Shown in pieces: positions 51,801-62,143 of a DNA stretch of 64,000 bases (its first letter is position 1; each line of letters starts with the position of its first letter). The DNA lies in NCBI RefSeq assembly GCF_018977255.1, contig NW_024704742.1, positions 130,264,001-130,328,000 of the forward strand. The letters are read 5' to 3'. The notes beneath the pieces are model-generated. The model did not search any database, was not told the origin of the DNA, and saw only the letters and a program-made list of their open reading frames with translations. This stretch comes from Callorhinchus milii. Taxonomy: Eukaryota. The translations under genes and the position numbers were made by a program.

Positions 51801-54800
51801 CCTCTTTCAGAGGTCTTCAGATGTCACCTGAAGAACTTCCTCTTCAACTTTGACTACGGTCACCTCCCTGGCTCGGCATCAAGCACAGCCACTTTTAACT
51901 CCTCAGAGGGTCTACTCCATGTGAAGGGCATTGTATAAATGCAAGCTGTTTTTGTATTGGGGAGGCTAGGGATGGTGATATTTCGAAGACGTGATTAGGC
52001 GCTTTATCAAATGCAAGAATTATTATTATTATTACATAATTATGGTGGGTGGAGGCACATGTGAACTATGTACACCAGTACTGACTAGTTGGACTGGATG
52101 TCCTGTTTTAGTTGTGTAGATTCTGTGTAAGATTGTAAGCAATTTCAGGTTGATATAGACAGACTAGTAGACTGGGCAGAGAGATGGCAGGTGAAATTTA
52201 ATAGGAAACAAGAAAACCTCTGAACCTGTATATTCTGGGAGGAAAAAATGGAAAACAATTGCATTGAAATGGTAACAATAATAATAATAATAATAATCCT
52301 TGCATTTGATATAGCGCTTTTCACGTCGGGAGGACGTCCCAAAGCACTTCACAGAACACACTGTAAAGTGAATTGACTGTATATTTGTGGGCGAACGCGG
52401 CAGCCAATTGCGCACAGCAATGTCCCACAAACAGTCGTAGATTGAAAATGACCAATTTATCATTGTTTTTGGAGGGATTATTATTAGGCTCTGTGTGGAG
52501 TAAGGAAACTTGCCCAAGGTTTCGCCCTCTGCCTGGAATTGAACTCAGGTCTCCCGCTTGCAAAGCGAGTGCTCTAACCACTGAGCTACAGGACTCCACA
52601 AGTGGAGAAGCAGAGAATCTAGGGATTAATATACATTAAAAATGGGAAGTTAGGTGGGCAAATCTGTGAATAAAGTTAATGGGATTCTGTTTTATAAATT
52701 GTGGTATAGAATATAAAATCAAAGCTTAGCTAGTATAAATTGTTAATTAGACTGCAGTTATACCTTGGGATGTCCTCCCGATGTGAAAGGCGCTTACAAA
52801 TGTAATTTTGTATTTGGTATTGGATACTATTGAAGATAGTTACCCAGTGTAGGAAGGATGTCAGGGCCTTAACAACAACAACAAGATTCCATTTATATAG
52901 CGCCTTTCACGTCGGGAGGACGTCCCAAGGCGCTGTACAGTTGGGTCAGGATCCGAGCATTGGGGGGAAATGGTCAGGGTGAGGGGAGGGAAGGGAGGGA
53001 GCGAAGAGGGGGTAGAGAGTCGAGAGGGGAGCTGAAGGCACGGTCAAAGAGAAAGGTCTTGAGACCGACCTTGAAGGAGGAAAGGGAGGAGGCGGCGAAG
53101 GCACTGGGGGATAGAGTTCCAGAGCCTAGGGGCTGAGAGGCTGAAGGCCCGGCCACCGATAGTAGGGCGGTTGGGGCGGGGGATGTGGAGCAGACCGGAG
53201 CCAGAGGAACGGAGGGTACGGGCGGGTAGGTAGGGGCAGAGTAGGTCGGAGAGGTAGGAGGGAGCGAGGCCGTGAATGGCCTTGTAGGTGAGGGTGAGGA
53301 TCTTGAATTCGATCCTCTGGTGGATGGGGAGCCAGTGGAGGCGAGCGAGGGTGGGAGTGATGTGTTCCCGAAGTCTGGTGCGGGACAGTACACGAGCTGC
53401 AGAGTTCTGAATGACCTGCAGCTTGTGGAGGGAGGTGGCGGGAAGGCCGGCGAGGAGAGAGTTCCCATAGTCCAGCCTTGAGGTGACAAAGGCGTGGACC
53501 AGGGTTTCAGCAACGTGAGGGGTGAGGTAGTGCCATAGTCTGGCGATGTTCCGGAGGTGATGGAAGGCGGTGCCAGTTGTGGCGCGGATATGAGGGAGAA
53601 AGGACAGCTCAGGGTCGAACAGAACCCCAAGGTTCCTGACCGGCTTTGAGAGGTGGAGAGTGCAGCCTTGGATGCTGATGCTGTCAGCGCCTGAGGTGTG
53701 GAGGCGCTGACGTGAGCCAATCAGGAGGGCCTCAGTTTTGCGCACGTTGAGCTGGAGAAAGTTGTTTCTCGTCCAGGACTCGATGTCAGACAGGCAGCTG
53801 TCAGGACATCGGTGGTCGTGGAGTTGAGGGTAGAGGAGGAAAGGTAGAGTTGGGTGTCATCCGCATACATGTGGAAGTTAACCCCATGTCTGCGGATGAT
53901 GTCACCGAGGGGGAGCATATAGAGGGTGAAGAGGAGATTTACTGGGGTGGTATTGGGAGTGAGTGGTTTGACCTATGAGCAGAGACTAGAGGAACTGGGA
54001 CTATATTTACTGTAACAGGGAAGGTTGATGGGAGACCTGATAGACATCTTTAAAATGATGTGGGGTTTCAATAGAGTAGATAGGGAAAAACCATTCCCAC
54101 TGTCCCGTCAGTCAGTGACTGGAGGGTATCAATTTAAGATAATTAGCAATGGGAGGGAAACAGGATTTTTTGGCCCCATGCAGAGGTTTTAGGGTATGAA
54201 ATGTTATGCATTGGTTGAGGTGGAAGCCATATTTGCTTTCCAAAAAGAAATAGATTGATATCCAAAAAAGAAGCAATTAGTAAAGGTATGCAGAAAAGGC
54301 AAGTAAATGGGACTGAATGGATTGTTCTTTAAAAGATCTGGCATAGATATGGGACTGAATGGCCTTCTTCTGTGCTGTAAAGTTCTATGTGCACAAATCG
54401 ATGTAAGGAGAAGCCACTTTCCTTAAACACAAAATGTATCATGCATGCTGTTTGCGCTTCCCAGTTACATACTCAAGCACCTAGCTGATGGGATCTATCA
54501 TGATACAGCCAACATCAACAATTTAACATTTATACAGTACTCCTTTTGCAGGGTAGAGGCCCAGAGAACTTGTCAGTGGCGGAGCATGATGCCAAACCAG
54601 GTGGGGGAGAGGATGGATACACAGAATGGATGTGCAAGTCCGCAGTGTCAACACGGAGCAGAATTAGAGAAAGATTTAGACATGGAGGGATTTCTGTTAG
54701 CAAGATACCACTTAGACTTGGAATAGATCTTGAATTCCGATATCAGTGGAACAAACAGGAGTAAGAAATAACCCATCTGGGGGAATGTCTGGAATGTCTG

Positions 54801-57800
54801 CACTCCGTTCATTTTGGTTTAGTCAGTAATCTTACTGGACATCAGCTCCTGATAATGCAGGGCCAAGATTTCACAACTCAAGCACGTTACAATCTTACGA
54901 ATATTACTCAGTCTTCATCAAGATATGAAATATCACAGTTTTGAAGTCCTCTGAGACTATAGCAAATGTTGAAGAATTTGAACTGTTTTTCCACAAAAGA
55001 AACAATTCACTTCTATATCTAATTGATATATATGTATATACAAAAAAAAACTGTTCTAGTTCTAGTGCAGTATTTGAAGAATGGAATTAAGTGCATTCAA
55101 CCCACAGGAACTCCCTTGAAAGATGTAAATCTTTGGCAGTCCATCCACCAGCTGAATAACAATGATAGCAATTGCACTGCAGAAAAATCTCTTTCCCTCT
55201 CTCGCGCTCTCTCTCTGCCAATCGACTAACAACCAGGTTCCTACTTAATGCCAGGTAAACGAGGCGTATGAAGTAAAAAAACTTGCCTAAGGTTCGCCCT
55301 GCCTGGGAATTGAATCCAGGTCCTCTCGCTTGCGAGGCGAGTGTTCTAACCAATATGCTACAAGACTCCACTCCTTTTGCACAAATATCATCAATGTTGC
55401 TAGGGTTTGACTCCCAAACTGCATCAGAATATAAAAGGTACCAAATACACTGTCAGACGCAACTCGTGCAGCAAAGAAAGGGCTCATATCCTACAGGCTG
55501 TTCTGGAGTCAGCGTACAGTAGCAGTAATAATAATATAATAATAATAATCCTTGCATTTGATATAGCGCTTTTCACGTCTGGAGGACGTCCCAAAGTGCT
55601 TCACAGAACACACTGTAAAGTGAATTGACTGTATATTTGTGGGCGAACGCAGCAGCCAATTGCGCACAGCAATGTCCCACAAACAGTCGTAGATTGAAAA
55701 TGACCAATTTATTATTGTTTTTGGAGGGATTATTATTAGGCTCTGTGTGGAGTAAGGAAACTTGCCCAAGGTTTCGCCCTCTGCCTGGAATTGAACTCCG
55801 GTCTCTCGCTTGCAAAGCGAGTGCTCTAACCACTGAGCTACAGGACTCCACTCCAGTAAGCAGGAACCAGGTTGTTAGTCGATTGGGGGGGGGTCGCTTT
55901 CCGGGGGTAATAATTGATCATAACCAAAGAGTGGTTATGATCTGGAATGCACTGCCTGAAAGGATGGTGGAAGCAGATTCGGTAGTAGATTTCAAAAGGG
56001 AATTGGATAGGTATTTGAAAACAAATAAGTCGCATGGCCATGGGGTAAGAGTGTACAATGTGTTCCGATGATACTGCAAGTCCACACTTGCCTCCGGTGC
56101 AGTTTCAAAATATACTTCAGAAACTACTAGAATTTTAATTCTGTTGCTACAGTGTACTCTACACAGCCCAGGGCCTCAGTGACACTATGCTCTACACAAC
56201 TCAGAGCTCCACTACACCTCACACTATACACCCTAGAACATAACACTGCACACTTCAGAGCCATGAACACACAATTAAAGTATTGGAGATTCTGGGTCTA
56301 GTTTGTGAGAGACGATGATCTTCTCACATGAACTTGTGGGCACACCTAGTAATGAGGAAACGTTTTGAGTGACCTTTGAAATTGTAATACTTCAATTCTC
56401 TACAATAAACAGAACATGTTCTGAATCGAGAATGACGGAAACCAGACCTACGTCAAGGGAAAATCCCCTGCTGGAACCAATTCAGAAATATTCCCCATGT
56501 ACCTGAATTCATGCAATACATTATAATACAATTTGTAATACTGGCTGCAATTTACAGGGACATTGTGGGTTGTGCTTTATCATATTTCTGTGGCAGTGAA
56601 CTTTCTTTAAACTTACTTTTCTCAGTAAAGTAACAGGTCCTAACGGGACAAACAGCAGGAAACCATGCCAGACAGCTATATCAATGGCAAGCTGGGCAGT
56701 TTTAGCTGGTTAGACTCCAGCAATACCCCAACGCACACTCTGGGATCCCCAAGTCTTGGGTCTTGCCAACCTGCACCTAATTCCAGAATTAGGTAGGCAG
56801 GAAGTGTCCCTCCAGGGAGAGAGTGCACATTCCATTCCAACAATCTATCTCAAGGATTCCCATGTAAATTATACATTGTCAAGAAACCTGCAAGTAACCT
56901 CAAATATCACCCCAGGTGCATAGCCCATCAAGCTCTCTTGTAAGGCCTTTCGTGAAATAACAGGAGGCTTGATTTATTACAGTATTCAGTAACTATTTTC
57001 GTGGAGTAAAATGGGTGATGAAACTTACTGTTTAAATATTCAATGAAAGGGACAGCAGACAATACAAACAGCTTACCTGAACACAGACCAGCGGTGCTAA
57101 ACAGAACAGCCACACAAGAACAACAACATGCATTTATATAGCACCCTTTACCCAGGATAGCATCTTAGGAGCGCTGCGAAACTGAAATGTCACAAAAAGC
57201 TTCACAGAAAATTCCTGTCAAATGTAGTGCTTGTGAACTTCTAGACAACCTGGCAGCTATATTGCGCATAGCAATGTCCCACAAATAGCCATCAAATGAA
57301 AGTCTAATTTTATCTGAGGGATTGTTGGTCAGGATACCGGGAGATACTTCCTTATTTTTTCAAATAGTGCCATGGGATCTTTAACATCCACCAAAAAGAC
57401 CAGCGGGTTGCTGATGCTAAACTGACTAAGCTACTAAAAGCAAGATTTCTTGGGACTATCAATAGCATACAGGACCTTGGATTAATATCCTTTACATAGG
57501 ATGGTATTTCTGAAAATGGAGTACTTCAACACTAGAGTGTTAGCCTGGATTATGAGCTCTGGGTACATATGTGGGTCTTGAACCCACAAAAACAAGTTAA
57601 GGGAGAGAATAAATAATCAAATCCACACAAAGACGGCGTGTGCATACATTCAGTTTTCAATTGACTTGCTAGCCACAGAAGTCTTCAGAAGAGATGAAGC
57701 ACATCTCTGTATCTCTTAGCTTGAGCTTCAAGACTATTTGTCTAGCAGCTCTGTACTCAAACAAACTGCTTAATTAACCAATTTGTAACCAAACTCCCTA

Positions 57801-60800
57801 ATATAAATCAGCAACCCCATGAAATCTCCGCACTGTGATCAGAGACAAGGTTACGGAACACACCGTCCTTTCACTGCACACTGTCCCATTGACCACACTA
57901 TTTGTGCATTTACAGCCTAGTTCACCCAGGCAAATGGAGTATTGCATTCAGTAAAGCAAACTGAATCAAAAGCAACTTGCTACCAGGCCGGAAGGAACAG
58001 ACGACCTCAGTTCAATGGCTGTACAATAATGAGCGGCTGACCACACTGAACAAGGGAGCTGGGCAGCAACAAGTTCTGCTTAAAGCATGCGGTGCATAGG
58101 CTGATACTTTCATACAGTCGGAACGTATGACTGTCAGAGCAGGAGTTAAGCTGGTTTCCCATGAAACAGCACAGTACGAGTTAAGCGGATTTCCAACGCT
58201 ATGATACAGTTCAGCTTTGAGCCGAACTAATGTGACAGAGTCAGTGGGGGAGGGGGTAAAGAATATTAAACCCAACGGTTGTTATCTTTATCTATCGACA
58301 GGGCACAATTTTAAGAATGTGTGAAATAACAACATTTCATATGATATATTGTAAAGTGGACTTGACTGTATTTTGTGGGTGAAAAGCACAGCAATGTCCC
58401 ACAAACAGCCATAGAGCGAGTGACTAATTTTTATTTTGGAGGAATGTTGGCCAGGACACCAGAAGAAGCTCCCTTCCTTTTTTGAAGAGTGCCTTGGGAT
58501 TTTTAACATCCACCTGAATAGGCAGCTGGGATCTCTGTTTAATGTCTCATCTGAAGGACAGAGGTAGGAATTGCGTGGTATTAATTAACACGTCACAAGT
58601 CGCAAGTTGTTCCCTTATGATATGCTCCCAAGCGTTGCCCAGGGGCAGGTTACAGAGGTTGCCACCTGCAGGCAGGATATCTGTGTAGATTCGCAGCTTG
58701 TTCACTGCAGTGAGGATCCAATCTGCAGGCTCCTCGACCAGTCATTCCAGGACAGTAGCTAATTTGGCTCAGATACAACTCTGTTTGATCAAGCAGTGGG
58801 GAGCTCATGGAAACAGAATGGAAACATTGTCATCATCTCCAAAAGCCATTTATTTTTAGTTTATCAGCAGATGGGAAACACATCTGTGCTGTTTAGCATT
58901 TCTTATTCAATTACCGTTCATTTGTGAAACAAGGTATGACCAGAACCCTGTTGATAATGAGCTAGTGTTAAAGCTCCCTTCAACAGCTCTGACAGACGAG
59001 GAAGAGGTTCAACAGATTGTTGCATCTCAGAGAAATATCTTGGGAGCCATTCCCTCATAGGATAAACCTAGGAGAAAGCTATGATTCTCAGATTTGACCT
59101 GTTAACACACTCACCCCCCCCCCACACACACACTCACACCCACACACGCACCCACGCAGACACACAGCCTCACACACACTCACCAGGGGAGTTGTAAGAA
59201 ACATATGTTAGATAAATTTTCCTTCTCCTTCGTTTGCCTAGAAAATACAGTCAGTCCACGTCACATAATATAGTTAATTCACATAATATACAGTCAATTC
59301 ACTTTACAGTATATTCCGTGAAGTGCTTTGAGACGTGATAAGGCACTATATCAAATGCAAAGCTTATTATTATTATTCGCAGTAAATGCTGTGAAGCGTT
59401 TGGAGACATCCTTCCAATATGAAAAACTATATACAAATGTAATTGTTGTTGTTAATATTTTCTAGGTAAAGTATCAAGAAATATGGAAGGAAGGCGGGCA
59501 AATGGAGTTAAAATAGAAAATAGTCACTCGACTCCACATAATATACAGTGAATTCACTTTACAGTTTATTCTATAAAATGCTTTGAGACTTCTCAATAAG
59601 GCGCTACATCAAATGCATGGTTTATTATTATTATTCTCAATGTGGTCCCTTACCCCATAGCCATGCGACTTTTTTTGTTTCCAAATACCTATCCAATTCG
59701 CTTTTGAAATCTACTATCGAATCTGCTTCCACCACCCTTTCAGGCAGTGCATTCCAGATCATAACCACTCTTTGGATAAAAAAAATCAATTATCTTAAAT
59801 CTGTGTCCTCTGATTGCCGACCCACCCGCCAGAGGAAACAGTTTCTCCTTCCAACAAAGTTAGTCATAACGGGTTTCAAATGCATTTCATCTCTGTGTAA
59901 TTACTCAAAGGAATGTAATCTCCCTTCCCCTCACTAAAGGTCACTTAAAATGCTTCGTTTTAAATTATAAAGATATCGAGTATTATGTAGAAAATATTAG
60001 AGCTGTAATTTCACTCTTGAGAGTTAATCTTTGTTCCATTTTGTTATCATAATTAGATAATTATTTGGGGAGGTAGATCATTATTTGGGGAGGACAAGTT
60101 TGCAGAGTTATGGGGAGAGAGTGGGGGAGTGGGATTGATTTGGAAAGCTCTTTTCAAAGAGCCGACACAGACACAATGGGCCAAATGGCCTACTTCTGTG
60201 CTGTATAATTCTTTAATTCAGCACAGAAGGAAATCATTCAGGCCATCGTGTCTGTGCAGGCTCTTTTAAAGAGCTATCCACCTAGTCCCACTCCCTCGCT
60301 CTTACCCCATGATCTGCAATTTTTTTCCTATTCAAATACCTATCCAATTTCCTGGCCAACAATCCCAGAGATAAAATGGGATATTCACCTCATGGCTGTT
60401 TGTCGGACATTTCTGTGTGCAAATTGACTGCGACGTTCGCTATAAAATACACAGTCACCACACATTACAGTAAATCCTGTGAAGAACTTCAAATCGTCCT
60501 GGCAGCATGAAAGACACCACATCAAATTTGAGGATTATTTATTGCTTACTTTTTAAACCTTTAGTCTTGCAGGCTGCACGAGCATTTGAAACTCTATTTA
60601 CAGACAAAACTGGGTCAACAGTCAGACATTTTGGGAGATAATGTGTCACTCAGTTCGATGGGAGTACCTAGTACCTGTGGCTGAGCTAGTAAGTGGGTCA
60701 GATAGACCGCTTGCTCTGTCAAAGGCTCAGTGTGTGAAGGAACGTCTCATCCATTGAATTCGTCGAAAGAACTTTTTTTTTTAAAAAGCACATATGCAGA

Positions 60801-62048
60801 AACAATCGAACGAAAGAAGAAATGCCAAAGCTTTTTTTACAAGCTCTATTATTTCATATATAAATGAAATTCCATTGAATGTTCACCAGAGAGCCTCAAA
60901 GATACAAAGGTACTGGGGAAATTGTTATTTCCATTTAGTTTGGATGGGGGGGTGGGGGGGAGGGCAGAGGGAAACATTTGATGCTGTGATGGGAAGATGG
61001 TAGGATGGATATTCTAGAAGAATGAGATCAAATGGACCAAAGCACTTTCTTCATCCAAACCAATCCTGTAATCTAGAAATTGAGCCTGGTTCAGTTGGTA
61101 AATCCCAGCTTTGAGACACCCTCCTGATGAGACGCCATATCAAATGCAAGAATTATTATAAATTCCACCCGAATCTGGATTTAACCTATTAACACATTTC
61201 AGAGAGTGCAGAACTTGGTAAATTGTTCATATTCAGTATGAATACTGAAGCTCGTTTTCTGTCAGTTTGTTAAAAGAAATGTACAGGGAAAAAAACGCTT
61301 CACAGTTAACGACATTATTTAAGAATTTGACAAATTCTGGACAAGCTCTGAAATGACCCCAGAGTGTGCATTGGGGTACTGCTGGAGTCTAACCAGCGAT
61401 TCATAGGACTCGGTCTGGATTGTAGTGACTGCATATTCGGATGCAAATGGATTCATCCACTCGCCTACAAAATACACAATCATTACACTTTGCAATGAAT
61501 CCTGTGACGGCCTCCTGACATGAAAATCCTATATCAAATGCAGGCATTATTATTATTACTTATCATCCACAGGGATGGAATAAAGCCAACATACGTGATT
61601 GGAGTGTTCGCTCAGCCTGAAGTCTGGCACCCTGCTCTCCGAGAGTCGCGGTTTGTGGTGATGTCCGAATGAGGAAGTGCCATTCCCATTGGGAAGAGGC
61701 TCTTCCGGGCCTCGCTCAGCGCTCACATTCGAGTCTTTAGCCTCACACTTGGAGTCCAGGCCTTCCGCCTTCGAGCACTCGGCCTCCATAGGGACGTGAT
61801 ATCCATTCTCGTGCTCGGAGTCGCGGCTCTCCCGACTGTCCCTGTTGAGGGAGGAACGGGAGATGACGCCAAACTTTCGGGTCCGTTTCCCATTCTGCGT
61901 GGGGCTGCCGCTCGGTTCCGAGGAAATGCTGCTCGGCCTGGCTTCAACTCTGCCGCCATTGGAAGGAGGAAGAGGGGCTTTGCGTTTAATCCGACGCAGC
62001 ATGATCAGGTAGACACATCCGCCATTCCAGCACTGGTCAGCCAGGTAA
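578..62048 (-). CDS. PDZD2: PDZ domain-containing protein 2 (PDZD2) or PDZD2-like paralog; partial gene, 21 internal coding exons in window
   Basis: Exons translate to motifs matching PDZD2 in colinear order ([97 protein letters not shown]). All introns are GT-AG with compatible phases. Start and stop codons are outside the window. Confidence 0.9.
917..1150 (+). mobile_element. tRNA-SINE family A (short form), 5'-truncated
   Basis: Core gtttgtgggacattgctgtgcgcaattggctgccgcg, L2-like tail, (ATT)n. Confidence 0.85.
1156..1552 (-). mobile_element. SINE family B copy with internal inverted duplication
   Basis: Similar to 12748..13172 in reverse complement. Confidence 0.6.
1830..2075 (-). mobile_element. 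L2 LINE 3' fragment
   Basis: Translates IGGRAFSHS...[11 protein letters not shown], the L2 ORF2 C-terminus, plus tail. Confidence 0.75.
2750..3117 (+). mobile_element. CR1 LINE 3' fragment
   Basis: ggagatttgatagaggtgttcaaaattatgaa...agaggacacagatttaa and tgattctatga terminus typical of CR1. Confidence 0.7.
3357..3675 (-). mobile_element. Full-length tRNA-SINE family A (short form) nested in a CR1 3' fragment
   Basis: A box TAGCTCAGTGG, B box GTTCAATTC, core, (ATT)n tail; ccactcta duplicated on both sides. Confidence 0.9.
3937..4038 (-). CDS. PDZD2: PDZD2 exon, penultimate PDZ N-half: [34 protein letters not shown]
   Basis: GLGF motif; acceptor gacgacag, donor ACT|gtaagt; 102 nt, phase 0 to 0. 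Confidence 0.92.
4684..5042 (-). mobile_element. tRNA-SINE family A (long form)
   Basis: Same head and tail plus the extra ~65-nt segment (...gttgttagtcgattgg...). Confidence 0.8.
5934..6051 (-). CDS. PDZD2: PDZD2 exon: [40 protein letters not shown]
   Basis: Acceptor ttgtttcag, donor GAG|gtaaac; 118 nt, phase 2 to 0. Confidence 0.88.
6660..8575. mobile_element. Cluster of nested or rearranged L2 LINE fragments on both strands, plus a SINE head at 8515..8575
   Basis: Translations [61 protein letters not shown]; (TTG)n tails. Confidence 0.85.
8614..12499 (-). CDS. PDZD2: PDZD2 giant exon (3886 nt), Ser/Lys/Glu-rich low-complexity region
   Basis: ORF 8592..12458 (1288 aa); acceptor ttctacag, donor AG|gtcagt; phase 1 to 2; motifs [44 protein letters not shown]. 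Confidence 0.95.
12748..13172 (+). mobile_element. tRNA-derived DeuSINE-type SINE family B, near full length
   Basis: Head ggctcagtgatagcactctcgcttctgagtcagaaggttatgggttcaag, core, L2-like tail. Confidence 0.75.
14520..14950 (+). mobile_element. L2 LINE 3' fragment
   Basis: [24 protein letters not shown]; tail tataaatggaagttgttg. Confidence 0.8.
15744..15888 (-). CDS. PDZD2: PDZD2 exon, C-half of extra [51 protein letters not shown]
   Basis: Acceptor ttttcacag, donor G|gtaagc; 145 nt, phase 0 to 1. Confidence 0.9.
16676..17472 (-). CDS. PDZD2: PDZD2 exon: VIKPEMAL...[21 protein letters not shown]...LRPGGAAER (includes N-half of an extra PDZ)
   Basis: ORF 16466..17458; acceptor ttctttccag, donor AGG|gtacgt; 797 nt, phase 1 to 0. 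Confidence 0.9.
17535..17735 (-). mobile_element. SINE family A long form, 5' part, degenerate
   Basis: aaacttgcctaaggttt...tccaggtcctcttgcttgcaag matches the family A head. Confidence 0.65.
18326..18497 (-). CDS. PDZD2: PDZD2 exon: [19 protein letters not shown]...SAPPLIP
   Basis: ELSQYF motif; acceptor ctctttcag; weaker donor AG|gtttga, but its phase (1) fits the next exon; 172 nt. Confidence 0.82.
19450..19553 (-). CDS. PDZD2: PDZD2 exon: [35 protein letters not shown]
   Basis: Acceptor ccttcctccag, donor CGG|gtaagc; 104 nt, phase 1 to 0. Confidence 0.82.
21728..21815 (-). CDS. PDZD2: PDZD2 exon: [29 protein letters not shown]
   Basis: Acceptor tttgtgcag, donor G|gtaccg; 88 nt, phase 0 to 1. 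Confidence 0.9.
21898..22336 (-). mobile_element. Young L2 LINE 3' end (about 440 bp)
   Basis: Near-identical to 44014..44459 and 52872..53318; (TTG)n tail. Confidence 0.9.
22615..22950 (-). mobile_element. SINE family B copy
   Basis: Similar to 12748..13172 in reverse complement. Confidence 0.6.
24134..24266 (-). CDS. PDZD2: PDZD2 exon, PDZ C-half: [45 protein letters not shown]
   Basis: Acceptor ttgttacag, donor AAG|gtaaga; 133 nt, phase 2 to 0. Confidence 0.94.
24938..25055 (-). CDS. PDZD2: PDZD2 exon, PDZ N-half: [39 protein letters not shown]
   Basis: Acceptor tttgtttcag, donor AG|gtaata; 118 nt, phase 1 to 2. Confidence 0.94.
26510..26726 (-). CDS. PDZD2: PDZD2 exon: [23 protein letters not shown]...[14 protein letters not shown]
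   Basis: Acceptor ccttccctcag, donor G|gtaatc; 217 nt, phase 0 to 1. Confidence 0.93.
27890..28110 (+). mobile_element. CR1 LINE 3' fragment
   Basis: gtggttgaagcctggacactggactcatttaaaaagcag...; same 3' UTR type as the fragment around 3300..3750. Confidence 0.6.
28950..29023 (-). CDS. PDZD2: PDZD2 exon, [28 protein letters not shown]
   Basis: Acceptor atccacag, donor AAG|gtaaga; 74 nt, phase 1 to 0. Confidence 0.93.
29605..30620 (-). mobile_element. L2 LINE 3' portion (RT end) with a nested short plus-strand L2 tail at about 30370..30440
   Basis: [11 protein letters not shown]...[40 protein letters not shown]. Confidence 0.88.
31790..32620 (+). mobile_element. Head-to-tail array of family A SINEs (one partial, two full: 31952..32277 and 32296..32620)
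   Basis: Repeated head, core and tail. Confidence 0.88.
33547..33921 (-). mobile_element. SINE family A long form
   Basis: Head, extra segment, core, (ATT)n tail. Confidence 0.8.
34315..34429 (-). CDS. PDZD2: PDZD2 exon, [41 protein letters not shown]
   Basis: GLGF motif; acceptor ttttgcag, donor G|gtcaga; 115 nt, phase 0 to 1. Confidence 0.95.
35070..35680 (+). mobile_element. SINE family B copy followed by a second 3' fragment
   Basis: Head ttggtagcactctccctctgagtcggaaggttgtg, core, tails. Confidence 0.65.
35794..35913 (-). CDS. PDZD2: PDZD2 exon: [40 protein letters not shown]
   Basis: Acceptor tttttttcag, donor AAG|gtaaca; 120 nt, phase 0 to 0. Confidence 0.92.
36632..36780 (-). CDS. 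PDZD2: PDZD2 exon: [19 protein letters not shown]...[16 protein letters not shown]
   Basis: Acceptor ttctgccag, donor CAG|gtgtgt; 149 nt, phase 1 to 0. Confidence 0.9.
37597..37708 (-). CDS. PDZD2: PDZD2 exon: [37 protein letters not shown]
   Basis: Acceptor gcgctgcag, donor AAG|gtgtgt; 112 nt, phase 0 to 1, fits both neighbours. Confidence 0.8.
38085..39180. mobile_element. Cluster of L2 3' fragments and family A SINE fragments
   Basis: [29 protein letters not shown] cores and (ATT)n tails. Confidence 0.75.
40640..40950 (-). mobile_element. SINE family A short form
   Basis: Full head, core and tail. Confidence 0.85.
42444..42869 (-). mobile_element. SINE family A long form interrupted by an inverted copy of 41959..42020
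   Basis: Colinear SINE halves flank 42506..42575. Confidence 0.8.
44014..44459 (+). mobile_element. Young L2 LINE 3' end
   Basis: Near-identical to the 21898 and 52872 copies; (TTG)n tail. Confidence 0.9.
45747..45917 (-). CDS. PDZD2: PDZD2 exon: [18 protein letters not shown]...CQDQES
   Basis: Polypyrimidine acceptor ctcttcgcag, donor AGC|gtaagt; SLPDL motif; 171 nt, phase 0 to 0. Confidence 0.85.
48063..48195 (-). CDS. PDZD2: PDZD2 exon, PDZ C-half: [44 protein letters not shown]
   Basis: Acceptor cctatcag, donor AGG|gtaagt; 133 nt, phase 2 to 0. Confidence 0.93.
50776..50897 (+). repeat. Penelope-like terminal repeat fragment with decayed hammerhead motif
   Basis: ctgacaaaaggtcatagacctgaaacattaactc...gatgctgc...cagcatctgcag; homologous to 62751..62930. 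Confidence 0.55.
51259..51401 (-). CDS. PDZD2: PDZD2 exon, PDZ N-half: [48 protein letters not shown]
   Basis: Manual translation (not in ORF track); acceptor cctccagCAG (NAGNAG), donor AG|gtaaat; 143 nt, phase 0 to 2. Confidence 0.92.
51505..51950 (+). mobile_element. L2 LINE 3' fragment, degenerate
   Basis: [24 protein letters not shown]. Confidence 0.75.
52277..52599 (-). mobile_element. SINE family A short form, young
   Basis: Full length; near-identical to 55526..55851. Confidence 0.9.
52872..53937 (-). mobile_element. Young L2 LINE, 5'-truncated (about 1.07 kb), RT C-terminus with frameshift
   Basis: ORFs 53721..53918 ([13 protein letters not shown]) and 53044..53745 ([33 protein letters not shown]); (TTG)n tail. 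Confidence 0.93.
53960..54390 (+). mobile_element. CR1 LINE 3' fragment
   Basis: tatgagcagagactagaggaactgggactat...ggagacctgatagacatctttaaaatgatg; terminus tctgtgctgtaaagttctatg. Confidence 0.7.
55526..55851 (-). mobile_element. SINE family A short form, young
   Basis: Full length; flanked by long-form fragments at 55218..55370 (-) and 55855..55912 (+). Confidence 0.9.
57120..57590 (-). mobile_element. SINE family B copy with L2 tail
   Basis: Similar to 12748..13172 in reverse complement. Confidence 0.55.
59105..59183. repeat. (CA)-rich imperfect microsatellite
   Basis: cacacacacactcacacccacacacgcacccacgc. Confidence 0.7.
60054..60350. mobile_element. Two CR1 3' ends tail to tail, with a 20-bp tandem duplication at the left edge
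   Basis: ggccaaatggcctacttctgtgctgta followed by cagcacagaaggaaatcattcaggcc; tagat(a/c)attatttggggagg twice. Confidence 0.6.
61595..62048 (-). CDS. PDZD2: PDZD2 exon (end of first PDZ plus linker): [20 protein letters not shown]...SEHSNH
   Basis: Acceptor tctgttgcag, donor CAC|gtatgt; 454 nt, phase 2 to 0; ORF 61556..62002. Confidence 0.9.
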
Positions 62049-62143
62049 CTGCAACAGAAACAGACTCTGTATCAACTGAATGGTCAATTTAGCTCAAGAA
62101 TGGGCTCAAGAAGAGCACGAGGTGGGATGTGCCCAACTTCTTG

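Noticed and set aside
52164..52639. Recurrent short ORFs such as MGKFPYST...[18 protein letters not shown] and [20 protein letters not shown] at many loci
   Set aside because: They are chance translations of SINE family A, not a gene family
52872..53937. Active L2 retrotransposon
   Set aside because: 5'-truncated to about 1 kb and frameshifted near 53730-53790
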